This document shows positions 50,317 to 62,221 of a stretch of DNA of 64,000 bases, one piece after another. The DNA comes from Octopus bimaculoides (Eukaryota). The notes under the pieces are model-generated. The model made no database searches. It was given only the letters and a program-made list of their open reading frames with translations, and had not been told where the DNA came from. Position numbers and translations under genes: made by a program. The stretch covers positions 146,110,520 through 146,174,519 of the forward strand of contig NC_068984.1 of the NCBI RefSeq assembly GCF_001194135.2. Reading direction: 5' to 3'. Each line of letters begins with the position of its first letter. Position 1 is the stretch's first letter.

Positions 50317-50455
50317 CTGGTTTGACAATAATGGAAGCTGAATCAGAGCTGGACAGACCATCAGTGTCAAAGACATGAAGAGTAAAGATATATCTGCCAG
50401 CGATTAGGTTAATGAGTTGCAGCACTGCTTCCGAGTTAGAGTTGTTGGCAATCTC
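50317..50455 (-). CDS. KIAA0319L: KIAA0319L-like exon, PKD5 end
   Basis: ttcccag|GAG...CCAG|gtaaga; EIANNSNSEAVLQLINLIAGRYIFTLHVFDTDGLSSSDSASIIVKP; phase 0->1. Confidence 0.93.
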
Positions 50456-51136
50456 CTGGGAATATAAAGGAAAATGGTGATTCCAGCAATAAAAGACACA
50501 CACACAGTTTTCTTTATCTTTATTCCTGCAACTGTAAAAAAAAAAACTCTTCCTCATAGCCAGCCAACCAGCCTGACCAACTGTCCGTCCGTCTGTCATC
50601 ATCATCATAACCACTTAATGTCCATTTTCCATACTGGTTGGATGGTTTGACGGGATCTGCTGAGCTCCAGTAGCATTCTTTGGCCTGATTTCTACAGCTG
50701 GATGTTCTTCCGATCCATCCAAAACATGACATTGTTCCTTAATCCCATGTCAGACAAGATTCAACTGATTTCTTATTAAAACTCTTCAAGACACGAACAA
50801 CTTGGTTTCTTTCCAGGCACTGCATCCCAACCACATCATCGAACTGTCCAACCCATGCCAGCATGGAAAGCAGATGATGATGATGATCCCAATGGAATTG
50901 TTAACTTGGAAGCCACTGAACTGCAAAAAGTCAGGCAAGAGAGCCAGTTTTATCACATTACATTAGTGCACAACTTAATTTTCTATCCTAAACAATGGGT
51001 GTGTGTGTGTGTTCACTTTTCTGAGAAAAAATGTCTACCACTGGATGATGTTCTTTTTAGTAACCATTATCTGTTTCCAAACAAGAACCCAATAACTTTA
51101 GAAGAAATGCAATATTCAAATCGAGGTGACACCTAC

Positions 51137-51288
51137 CCCTGCAGCCAGACTGCTTGAATCTCGGGTCCACTGGTAGCGAACAATTTTTTGGTCATCATAT
51201 GAACGGGATCCATCCAGCAAAACTATTAATTTTGGAAGTTGAATCACTTTGTCCCCTCCGGCGTCCGCCACGGGGGCTTTGTTTTCCT
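51137..51288 (-). CDS. KIAA0319L: KIAA0319L-like exon, PKD5
   Basis: ctctttcag|AG...GGG|gtaggt; (K)ENKAPVADAGGDKVIQLPKLIVLLDGSRSYDDQKIVRYQWTRDSSSLAAG; phase 1->0; missed by ORF track. Confidence 0.94.
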
Positions 51289-52259
51289 CTGAAAGAGAAG
51301 TTTAGAAATTATAAAACATACAGACATTATTTTCTTTGTCTTTTCTCTCTTCACTTGTTTCAGTCACTGGACCATGACCATGCTGGGGCACCACCTTCAA
51401 GAGTTTGGTTAAAGACAAATCAACCCCAGTGCTGATTCTTTATAGTCTGGTATTTATCGTTTTTTTTTTTGTCTTTTTCACTGAACCACTAAGTGACAAG
51501 AACATAAACAAACCAATACTGGTTGGTGAATGGTGGTGGGGACAAACACAAATGCACATATGACAGGCTTCACACAGTTTCTGTCTACCCAATTCATTCA
51601 CATGGGATATAGCAGCCCCAGGCCATAGTAGAAGATATTTTTCCAATGTGGCACACAGTGGGACTGAACCTAAAACCATGTGGTTCTTGAAGAAAAAGAA
51701 AATTAAAGCAACCAATCGGTTCAAAGACAAAATTGTAAGGATCTGGGGAAGAGGTTGATTTTGCCACAAAATTATTGCAACTGTTCACCAATGCCCGGTA
51801 CTGAGCAAAGCCTCTAAGCAACAAAGAATTTTATCCATGGACACCAGACAAATCATCATCCTTCGTTTACCATCCATTTGCATGGTTTGGATGAGTTTGA
51901 ATGAGGCAGATTTCCTTCAGCCAGATGCCCTTCCTGTTGCCAACCCTCACCTCTTTCCAGATCAGCTAATATTACCCCACTCCACCCCCCATGGCCAGAC
52001 ATGTTTTTCATAAAAGACTGGAAAGACTGACACTGACTCTCATTTACAACTATCACTCAATGTTAAAACAAGACACACACACATATACACAAAAGGATTC
52101 TTTCAGTTTCCATCTACCAAATCCACTTACAAAGCATTTACCCCAGGGCTAAATTAGAAGACAAGCAGTAACACTGAACCTGAAACCATTTAGTCGGGAG
52201 GCAAACTTCTTAAACCCCACATTCATGCCAGACACAATAAGATAGCCAAAACCACTTAC

Positions 52260-52408
52260 TCTGGGCGACAGTGATCTTCAGATTTGCTGAGTTGGACTGT
52301 TTCTGTATGTCATGGACTGTGAGTTTGAACATGTACACTGCCACCTTGATGTCCCCAGTAGCTGTGGCAATGTTCCTGTCTGAATTAGACACTGTCAACT
52401 GGGGTCCA
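52260..52408 (-). CDS. KIAA0319L: KIAA0319L-like exon, PKD4 end
   Basis: tcttgcag|T...CAGA|gtaagt; (S)GPQLTVSNSDRNIATATGDIKVAVYMFKLTVHDIQKQSNSANLKITVAQ; phase 2->1. Confidence 0.92.
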
Positions 52409-53230
52409 CTGCAAGAAAAAGGGAGCATGAGGAGACACAAAACATAGAACCTTCGTAATCAGCAGAACATATTCTATATTGCATACATTTAAGATCCACT
52501 TTTTCATGTTCGTATGAGACAGATGGAATTTGTTGAGGTAGATGCTCTTCCTGTCATAGGGTTGGTGACAGGAAAAGCACCGTCCACAACCTCCACCTAT
52601 TACTAAGCAAAGTAATATTTCCCCTTGACCACACATGTTTTCTAAAGAAAACTAGAAATGAACAACTTGTACGACAGCGAAGGTCATTTACATCCCTCAT
52701 GTGGTGTCAAGACAAAGGTGTACACATACCCACACACATGTTGGGCTTCTTACAGTTTCTGTCTAACCCACTCACAAAGCTTTAGTTGGCCTGGGGCTAC
52801 AGAAGACACCTTCTGAAGGTGCTGTGCAGCAGGACAGAATCTAAGATCACATGATTGGGAAGCAATCTTAACCACACAACCATGCCTGTACCTGTAACAC
52901 ACACTTTCTACTACTATCACTCCATTTCAACTTTCTGTCTTTATCTTTTTTTGATAGTGTGTAGGTTTAAGAAAGGAGAAAGATGGAGAATGAGATAGAA
53001 AACGAGTAGGGACAGAATTCACAATAAGATTATTCCCATTTACCAACTAACGACATCTCTGGTCCTTTATTTTATCAATGCCGAAAGGATGAAAGGTTAA
53101 AGATGATCTTGTTGGAATTTGAACTCAGAACATAACGAGTCAGAAGAAATACTACTAAACATTTTTCTCATGTTCTATCGATTCTGCCAACTCACAAAAC
53201 AATATTGAAAGTAGCAAACATTCATCCTAC

Positions 53231-53363
53231 CTTGTTTGTGTCCACGAGTAGGTTTCAATGTTTTTATCATCTGTGCTGTTCTGACCATCAAGGACGAGGC
53301 TGGCAACTGGTAATACAACAGTTATTTCTCCAGCAGTAACAGCAATTGGTGGCTGGTTCACCT
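53231..53363 (-). CDS. KIAA0319L: KIAA0319L-like exon, PKD4
   Basis: ctttgcag|AG...ACAAG|gtagga; (E)VNQPPIAVTAGEITVVLPVASLVLDGQNSTDDKNIETYSWTQT; phase 1->2. Confidence 0.93.
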
Positions 53364-53393
53364 CTGCAAAGGAGAAGATCTGTTTAGATTTGT

Positions 53394-53436
<43 letters not shown>

Positions 53437-54912
53437 CACACAGACAAATACACCCACTATAGAGTAAACATTACTGTGGAGCGTTAATTTCCACGTGAAA
53501 CAGATAATATTGTTTGATGTGCCCCTGGACTGGCTCTTGTGCGGGTGGCACATAAGATGTACCATCTTGAGCGTGACCGTTGCCAGTACCGCCTGACTGG
53601 CCTTTGTAGGGTTTTCGAGCGAGATCGTTGCCAGTGCCCCTGGACTGGCTCTTGTGCGGGTGGCACGTAAAAGACACCATTTCGAGCGTGGCCGTTTTCG
53701 TGCTGGTGACATGTAAAAGCACCCACTACGCTCTCTGAGTGGTTGGCGTTAGGAAGGGCATCCAGCTGTAGAAACTCTGCCAAATTAGATTGGAGCCTGG
53801 TGTTGCCATCCGGTTTCACCAGTCCTCAGTCAAATTGTCCAACCCATGCTAGCATGGAAAGCGGACGTTAAACGATGATGATGATGATGATGATGATGAT
53901 GGGTAAATCAATTGGGTTTTTAACATCATTCCTATCCTTTTGTCATCTGTGTCTGTCTCTCTCTGTCTTTCCCTTCTCCTCTCTGGCTCCCATTTAATAC
54001 TGACCCCAGGTGGCCCCTCATTAATACAACAAACAACTCCTGTTCTTCCGATCCATCCAAAACATGACATTGTTCCTTAATCCCATGTCAGACAAGATTC
54101 AGCTGATTTCTTATTAAAACTCTTCAAGACACGAACAACTTGGTTTCTTTCCAGGCGCTGCATCCCAACCACATTATCCAATGTGAATGTTTAAAAAAAA
54201 ACAAAACAATAAGGTATGATTTGAAAGAGATCAACACCACCACCACCATCACCATCCTCCTCCTCCTCTTTTAATGTCCGTTTTTGGATGGTGACGATGA
54301 TGATGATGATCTCCCTCCTCAAATCATACCTTATTGGTTTTTTTAAATAAAATAAATGTTCACACTGGATGATGCAGTTGGGATGCACGTAACTATTTCT
54401 AGCAGGTCAAGCAAACTGCAGAGGCTCCCTTATTAGTTTGATAGGTTTTCATCATTATCAACATCGTCCACTTTCCCACGTTCGCGTGGGTCACACAGAA
54501 TTTTTCGGCAGGCTTTCTATGGTTGACTGCCCTTCCTTCTGCTAACTCTCGCCTGTTTCCAAACAAGGTAACATTTCCCCCATGGCCAGGCATGTTCTCC
54601 CACAACATTGGAACCGAAGGACACCACTTCCATGTCAAGATTCGTTTACAGCTATCACAACAACAACACACACTTGACAGGCTTCTTCAAGTTTTCGTCT
54701 ACAAAATCAGATCTCAAGGCTTTGGTCAGTCCAGGGATGACAGTGGAAGACACTCGCTCCTAACACAACTGTAAACAGTTTGGATAAATTTGTACAGCAG
54801 AGACATAAATTTCCCATCAAAATATGAAAATAAAACCAAAATATTCAACCATGGACATTATAAAAAAAACAAAAAAGAAATACAGTGAATACATAAGTTT
54901 TTTTCAACAAAC

Positions 54913-55036
54913 CTGGTTTCACAAAAACGTGTACGTCTGCTGTGGCATTCTGTCCACCTGTATCCGTGACTTTCAAAGTAAACTTGTAATTTCCCACCTC
55001 AAGGTTTGAGATTTTCAGGACTGGAGAGCGAACCCC
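54913..55036 (-). CDS. KIAA0319L: KIAA0319L-like exon, PKD3 end
   Basis: cttttag|GGG...CCAG|gtttgt; GVRSPVLKISNLEVGNYKFTLKVTDTGGQNATADVHVFVKP; phase 0->1. Confidence 0.93.
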
Positions 55037-57009
55037 CTAAAAGAAATATATTTTCATATTAAGACCATACAAAAATTAGAAGAATGATAGCTTTTGGATA
55101 CCAAAATTTTGTCTTTCTTTCAGTATTTCTACCTTTAAAAATATCATCATCATCATTATCATTTAATGTCTGCTTTCCATGCTGGCATGGGTTGGATGGC
55201 TTGACTGAGGACTGGTAAAACCAGGGGCTGCACCAGGCTCAATCTGATCTGGCAAAGTTTCTACAGCTGGATGCCTTTCCTAATGCCAATCACTGTGAGG
55301 GTGTAGTGGGTGCTTTTACATGCCACTGGCATGAGGGCTAGTCAAGTAGTATTGGCAATGACCACGCTGAAAAGATGGTTTTTTTTTTACATGCTACCTA
55401 CATGAGAGCCAGTCCAGTCACACCGGTAATGACCACGCTCGAATGTTGCTTTTAATGTGCCAGTAAAATGACGCTGACAACGATCATGCTCGAATGGTGC
55501 TTTTTACATGGCACCAGCACGGGAGCCAATCCATGGCCCTGGCAATGATCCATTGAAGATGGAAATTTTCAATTCCCATTGCAAATCATCTGGCAATAAT
55601 CATCATCACCATCATCATTTTAGCATCCACTTTTACATTCCTGCATGGGTCACATGGAGTTTATTGAGGTAAATTTTCTATGGTTAGATACCCTTCTTGT
55701 TGCCAACCTTCACCTATGTCCAGAGAAAGTAATATTTCCCCATGGTTTAACAGGTTTATGCAGAATATTGGAAACGAATGATGTTCAGTGGGTCAAGGAA
55801 ACACAAACACTCACTCACATACACACACACACACACACACACACATATGATGGGCTTCTTTCAGTTTCTTATAACCAATTCCACTCACAAGGTTTTAATT
55901 AAAAACTTGTTTCGCCATGAAAGGACACATGTGGGAATAGTCTTTTAATGGTGATCAACCTTTTGGCAGCAGTTTTTCTGATATTTTTGGTTTCTTCTTT
56001 TATTTTTCAGAGGCAATAAAACAAACACCAGTGAATTGAGGTAACAAATCCAATTGACTTCAACCCATTTTAATGGAAAAGATTTTATGCCTAGAAGTGA
56101 AGCTGAATATATTTACTCTTTTTGCTGTAATTCTTTAAAAGAGCCAAACTAGTCCCATTTTTTTTTTGTGGCTGACAAAGTAATCTCAGACAATGGATGG
56201 AGACATAGTCAACAGATGACTTGAATTAATTATCAAATAGTCATCAATTAGGGTACTATATATCATCATCATCATTATTTAGCATCCGTTTTTTATGCTG
56301 GCCAAAGTTAGATGGTCTGACTGGAACTGGTAAGTCGTAGAGTTATACCAGGTTCCAGTCTGATTTGGTGTGGTTTCTATGGCTGGATGCCCTTCCTAAC
56401 GCCTAATAAGGAACAGCCTTTTCTACACACAAGTCTGTAATTAGTTCAAAGACACAACAATTCCTTCCAAGGCTGCTGCTGCATGCTTATCACTTCTCTC
56501 CCTACATATTCTGCCAATGGCATTACAAGACCAGGCTACTTAGACATGCTACCAACTGAAGAATGTCTTGTTCTTCAGCTGCTGCTACACATAAAGAATA
56601 TTGGGTTTCAGGCAGAGATGTTAGAAAGTTCTGGAGAATGTTTTGGATTTTCTCTTTTATCTTCTGCTTCAATCATTGGATTGTGGCCATGCTGTGGCAC
56701 CACATTGAAGAATTTAATCAAATTGGCTCCAGTACTTATCCCCACCAGCATTTATTTTGCTGAACTGCTAAATTGTAGGAATGTAAACAAACCAATACAG
56801 GTTGCTAAGCAGTGAGAAAACACACACATGTATGCATGTGTGTGTGAGATGGGCTTCTGCCCAGTTTCCTTCAACCAAATTCACATTTGTCCAAAGAGCT
56901 GCACAAAGGCATTGAACCTAAAACCACATGATTGCAAAGTGACCATCACAATCACACACACAACATTGTCAATCCAGTGATAAAAAATAACCTAAAAACT
57001 GTATCTTAC

Positions 57010-57170
57010 CATCATGTCGGCCACTAAGTGGTCATCTGATGATTTTGTCCACTCATAACTGACAATACCTTTATCATCAGTACTGGCGTTTCCATAGAGC
57101 GTGACCGAGTTCTCTGGCAGGTTGATGACCACGTCAGATCCTGCGTTTGCTGTTGGACGGTAATCAGTTT
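57010..57170 (-). CDS. KIAA0319L: KIAA0319L-like exon, PKD3
   Basis: ctttag|AA...ATG|gtaaga; (E)TDYRPTANAGSDVVINLPENSVTLYGNASTDDKGIVSYEWTKSSDDHLVADMM; phase 1->0. Confidence 0.95.
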
Positions 57171-57904
57171 CTAAAGAGGAAGGAAATAACAACGAACACA
57201 AATAACATTGGTCGATAAATAACTGGGGGCGGGGGGAGTCTAATGTGCAATGAAATGAGAGAGTAACCTTGAAGGGTTGTAAATCACTGAAGCCAAGAAC
57301 AAAACGAGTTTCCCAATAAGAAACTAATTACTTAGAATAGATAATCTATAACCCTCCCCACTTAATCCATTGCATCCTCTCATGCACACCCCTTTGCTCC
57401 CTGAAGGTCTGCTCTGCGTACCCTTTCACTACTATACTATCTTTTCTTCTCACCACCCTTATATAATGCCGGGTACAAGCCATCTAGCCTCTTTACTCAG
57501 CCTTTCAACACTGTCCATCAAACGACCCCCACCCCTCAAATACTACTTCTCCCCTACATTTAGTCAAAGGATTTCTTTTTTCCCTTTCTCTCCTTATTTT
57601 CCTCTCAAGCAAGTTACTTGGCAACAACACCAAAATGCACCGAGTACCCTCTCTAAATTGGTTGGCATTGAAAAGGGCATCCAGTCACAGAAACCCTGCC
57701 AAAGCTTGACACAGCCCTATTGCATGTTGGATCGTCAAACCATTCAACCAAAGCTAACATGGGAAATGGACATTAACCGATAATGATCATTATCATTATC
57801 ATTTAATGTCCACTTTCCTTGCTGGCATGGGTTGGACAGTTTGACCAGAGCTGGCAAGGCTGGAGGGCTGCTCCAGGTTCCAACTGTCTATACACATAAA
57901 CTGT

Positions 57905-58060
57905 CTTCTTTCAGTTTCCATCTACCAAATCCACTCACAAGGTTTTGGTTGGCCTGAGGCTATAGCAGAAGATACTTGCCCAAGGTGCTACGCAGTGGGA
58001 CTGAACTCGGAACCATGTGATTGGAAAGCAAGCTTCTTACCACACAGCCATGCCTGCGCC
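57905..58060 (-). mobile_element. tRNA-derived SINE (ggctgtgtggtaagaagcttgcttcc family; representative)
   Basis: Minus: ggcgcaggcatggctgtgtggtaagaagcttgctttccaatcacatggttccgagttcagtcccactgcg...; related copies near 5330, 8330, 11385, 29525, 47670, 51560, 52750, 63245. Confidence 0.8.
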
Positions 58061-58322
58061 TTCCTTTGTTTATAATCTCCAATAAACAGTTTAAGCCTTT
58101 GACATATGAATACCAGTGGAATGAAGCAAAAACACCTTGCTTGGAATGCAGGCAAGAGTTGGGGGCCTCCACATGTTTTGTCTTCTGGTTTGCTTCAGTT
58201 TAGTTTTACAAATACAAACTTATGAAAACTGGTTGGATTTTGTAAAGCATTATTTTATCATTCAGGAAATGAAACTCAACAGCCTTGCGAATAATTTGTA
58301 AAAGAAATGGAAATACACTGAC

Positions 58323-58387
58323 CTTTAATAGCGGTAACATTAGCTAAAGTGGAATTTGTGGCACCATCAGAATCAGTCACGGTTAAC
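58323..58387 (-). CDS. KIAA0319L: KIAA0319L-like exon, PKD2 end
   Basis: ttttcag|G...AAAG|gtcagt; (K)LTVTDSDGATNSTLANVTAIK; phase 2->1. Confidence 0.93.
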
Positions 58388-58910
58388 CTGAAAATAAAAA
58401 TGAATTTTATAATGTGTATGTATCCATGTATACAAAAAATACATATTTATACTTAAAAACACACACATTCCTTATGTGTTGTAGAGTAAAGGACAGTAAA
58501 TATTCTATGTCATTAGGTCCAGTCACTTCACAACTCATTTCTCAAAAGTTTCATGCTTAGGACAATCCTCAGGCCAGAATGGTTAATGGTAACAGTTCCA
58601 GTATGTTTGAATGATACAAAAGTTCCTACTGTATCAAGCAATTGTTCCAGAAGCCCCATCACTACTATTCTTCTTAGCTTGTATGTGTGTATATGCACAG
58701 CTGTATGTGTTTGTACATATATGTGTGAATATACATGCATATATGCCTATGTATTTCATCATCATCATTGTTTAATGTCTGCCTTCCATGCTAGCATGGG
58801 TGGGATGGTTTGACAAGAACCAGTCAGGCAGAAGCTTGCACCAAACTTCTGTGTTTTGATAGGATCTTTACTGTTGGATGCCCTTCCTAACAACAACCAC
58901 TCAGCAGAGG

Positions 58911-58948
<38 letters not shown>

Positions 58949-59537
58949 AATGTGTGTAGGTGTTTATATCCGTTCTATAGAAAGCAGCAGTCAGTGATAC
59001 TACAAACATTGTCAAAGATGCTATGGTCCAATAGAAATGGCTGGAACTCTTAAGTTTTTTTTTCAGTTATTTTATCAGTAATTAGATGCTATATTTGGCA
59101 CTGTCCTGTCTATATTTTTTGCCTATCACTTGGTGTCTAATGTTTATCTGTTGCTGTTCTTCCTTCTTTTTATTTCATCTTTGCAATTAGGATTTATTGC
59201 CTGTTTAATAATATATTTATTATATTTTCCCTACCTCTTACACACACACACATCTTTCCTTTAGGCTATCTCCCCCCACCTTCTTTGTACTTTGGTGGGT
59301 TTCTAAGACTATCCAGACAACTACTAAATACAGGCCAGATATTGATATATCTTTATATTTTAAAATGTCGACTGATGAGGGTAATATTATTATGTAATGG
59401 TTATCTTACATAACAACTCAAAACACAGGTATTAAATGCATTCAAAACATGAAAGATGAAGAGAAAATCAAAGTGAAAAATGACAACTTATTTCCATTTA
59501 ACATAGAAAAGATGAAGACGAGATGGAATATACTTAC

Positions 59538-59670
59538 TTAAACTGATATTTCCCTGGTTCCAGATGATTAAGTTTCAACATGGATGCATTACTTTCGATG
59601 GGTCGGTCATTGATGGGGCCACTGACCTCTTCCCATTTATACTTGACGACCTTCATGTCATCTGTGCTGT
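59538..59670 (-). CDS. KIAA0319L: KIAA0319L-like exon, PKD2
   Basis: ttgcag|AC...TTTAA|gtaagt; (D)STDDMKVVKYKWEEVSGPINDRPIESNASMLKLNHLEPGKYQF; phase 1->2. Confidence 0.93.
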
Positions 59671-61511
59671 CTGCAAATTTGGAGGCAAGAAACTGCTGCT
59701 AGTAATGGCAATGGGAATAGGGGGCAAGCATTCACACAAAAAACACACCTTTGCAGGGCAAATTAAATTCCATCCCCACAGCAAAGACAATGGTCTTTTA
59801 CCTTTTACTTGTTTCAGTTATTGGACTGGGACCATGCTGGGGCACTGCCTTGAAGAAGACAACATGGAAGGGAAACCTTATAACCAATGATGTTTAACAT
59901 TTAAAGAGGGAAACTGTCTTCACTAATCTTTGGAGATTAGTTCTTCATCAGGAAAAAAAAAAGTATGAGGAAAGGTGGTGAGAAAAGTACTAGGAAAGAA
60001 AGGTTAGGGGCAAGGTGGGAATGTCGCTGTAAGGGTTAAAAAGGAAGGAAGAGGTAGGGTGGTGTGTACATGGATAGGAGGGATTCTGTGAATAGAGATC
60101 AGCATGGGTATGGTGGTATAGGGTACATGTGGTTTCTTAGGGTGTGTGGAAGTGTGCAAACATGGGAGTGTAGTGGCAGGGAATATAAGTCGGAGGAGGA
60201 GGAGGAGAAGTAGCTTAGATGCTTCCCAGGCTAGTTTTGATTTATGTTGAGTTGATGTCAAATTGAGAAGCTTGGTTTTTCAGTTTAAACAAACTGTAGG
60301 TGTCATGAAATGTGACCAGGAAAAGAATTATTGAAGGATTCATCAGTTCCAGAGACAGGCAAATTATATACCTTTCTCTCCACAAGAACAAATTCTGTAT
60401 ATTCAGTAAATATACAACTCTGTATATTTACTGAGTGATTCAATTGCAAATATTTCTGCTGAAGAGCCCCTTATAAAGCCCGAAATGTCTTGAGTTATCT
60501 CCCATAATTCCAATTGAAAATAACATTAGTCATTAGCTAAATGTTTAATTTTTGGTTTTTATCATTGTTTTTCACTGAATATATGATCCAACTTTTAGTT
60601 TTTTAAAATTTCCTATCATTGTCATTTAATGTCCGTTTTTCCATGCTGGCATGGGTTGGACAGTTTGACAGGAGCTCAGGAGCTAGAGGACTGCGCCAAG
60701 CTCCAACATTCATTTTGAGAGGATTTCTACAGCTGGATGATGTCCTTCCAAACACCATGACAAGACCCCACTCAACTGAAGTCGGTGTCATGTTAAGGGA
60801 GATGACAGGTGACGAGGGGTTAGAGTATGACAGCCGGACTGAGACTTTCAGGAGATACATGGCTGCCTCGGTTGGCGAAAGAGAAGATGGCGAAGATGTG
60901 TCAGGGCATAGATTCAAGGAACAGAACACTAACATCGTTTAGACATCTGTCAAGAGGAGGAGGTGTTGAGATACGCTACAAAGAAGCGCCATCAAGTGGG
61001 TTTATGTCATATGTGGCTGAACAACAATATAAATGGCTCTTATTTAATAATTTTTAGACATAGAGAGGAAGAAGCATGAAAATCCACAAAGACATTATTC
61101 ATGTTTTCTTTGTCCACATTTCAGGTGGGACATTTAACAAACCACCCAGTTTAACAGCACCACGATGCTGTACCATTTCCTGTGAACTCTGTACATTTAA
61201 TTGAATAAATAGAAAAAAAAAAAGATATATTTATATACAAATATACGAGAAAATACAAGCAGTCAGTCTCTCTCTCTCTCTCTCTCTCATGCATACACAC
61301 ACACATTCACATATATAGGTAGACAGATAGATGTGTGTGTGTGTGTGTGTGTGTGAACAGCCACACACACACACAGAATTCGTAGTATTACTTAGCATTA
61401 ATATTTATTCAATACATATTATGGCTGAATAAAATGTAAAAAAAAACAACACATACACACACACACACATAGAAATATATATAAAACAGTGGTGTTTGCC
61501 TGTCTACTCAC

Positions 61512-61601
61512 CTGAGCCGTCAAGGATAGCAGATGTAGGTAACTTGATCTGGAGAGATGTTGGCTTAATTATAGCGACTGGAGGTTTATTAATCCTCTTT
61601 G
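61512..61601 (-). CDS. KIAA0319L: KIAA0319L-like exon, PKD2 start
   Basis: tttag|CA...TCAG|gtgagt; (P)KRINKPPVAIIKPTSLQIKLPTSAILDGS; phase 1->1. Confidence 0.92.
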
Positions 61602-62133
61602 CTAAATAATAATAATAATAATAATAATACTTTGAGAAAATTGAGAAATAACTGGAACTAGTCAAAGAGAAGAAGAAATTTTGGTAGACAAAAATGACAA
61701 TGGTTCCTTCCTGTGGTAAAGAATGCTCTTGGCACAACACTGAAAATGTTACCTAAAAGACTGAAAACTATTGGAACTGAGACTCACAATGTCAACCTGC
61801 AGAAAAGTACCATTCCATATTCTTCAAGAATCCTAAGAAAGATTCTTGAGATTTGAGGAGAATTGTTGTCACCAAACCTCAAGATAAAATCCCTGCTAAT
61901 TAATATAGTAATTAATAGCCTTGATAATAATTAAAGTCTTTTCTGTATAAGGGACAAAGTCTGAAATTTTAGTGGAGGAGAGTCTTGCTGATTCCATCAA
62001 CCCTTGAAGGATGAAAGACAAAATTGACCTTGGTGGGATTTGAACTCAGAATGTAAAAACAGACAAAATGCCCCTGATTGCTAAAGGATTGAATTACAAA
62101 CGCAACACACAAATGGTTATTTTGATTACTTAC

Positions 62134-62221
62134 GTGGGATCACAGTTACATTGACATAGGCTTCACCAGCTCGGTTGTTTCCAGTAACTTCAAGTTTCAA
62201 AGTGTAAAGACCAGCAACAAG
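62134..62221 (-). CDS. KIAA0319L: KIAA0319/KIAA0319L-like exon, end of PKD1 (gene starts beyond window end)
   Basis: tttag|CTT...CCAC|gtaagt; LVAGLYTLKLEVTGNNRAGEAYVNVTVIP; phase 0->1. Confidence 0.9.

Noticed and set aside
53471-53819. Extended ORFs upstream of the PKD4 exon
   Set aside because: Derived from (CA)n and the repeat array; the real exon begins at the 53363 acceptor
60603-61057. Overlapping 76-110 aa ORFs
   Set aside because: Begin within the RTE-tail repeat; no splice or homology support
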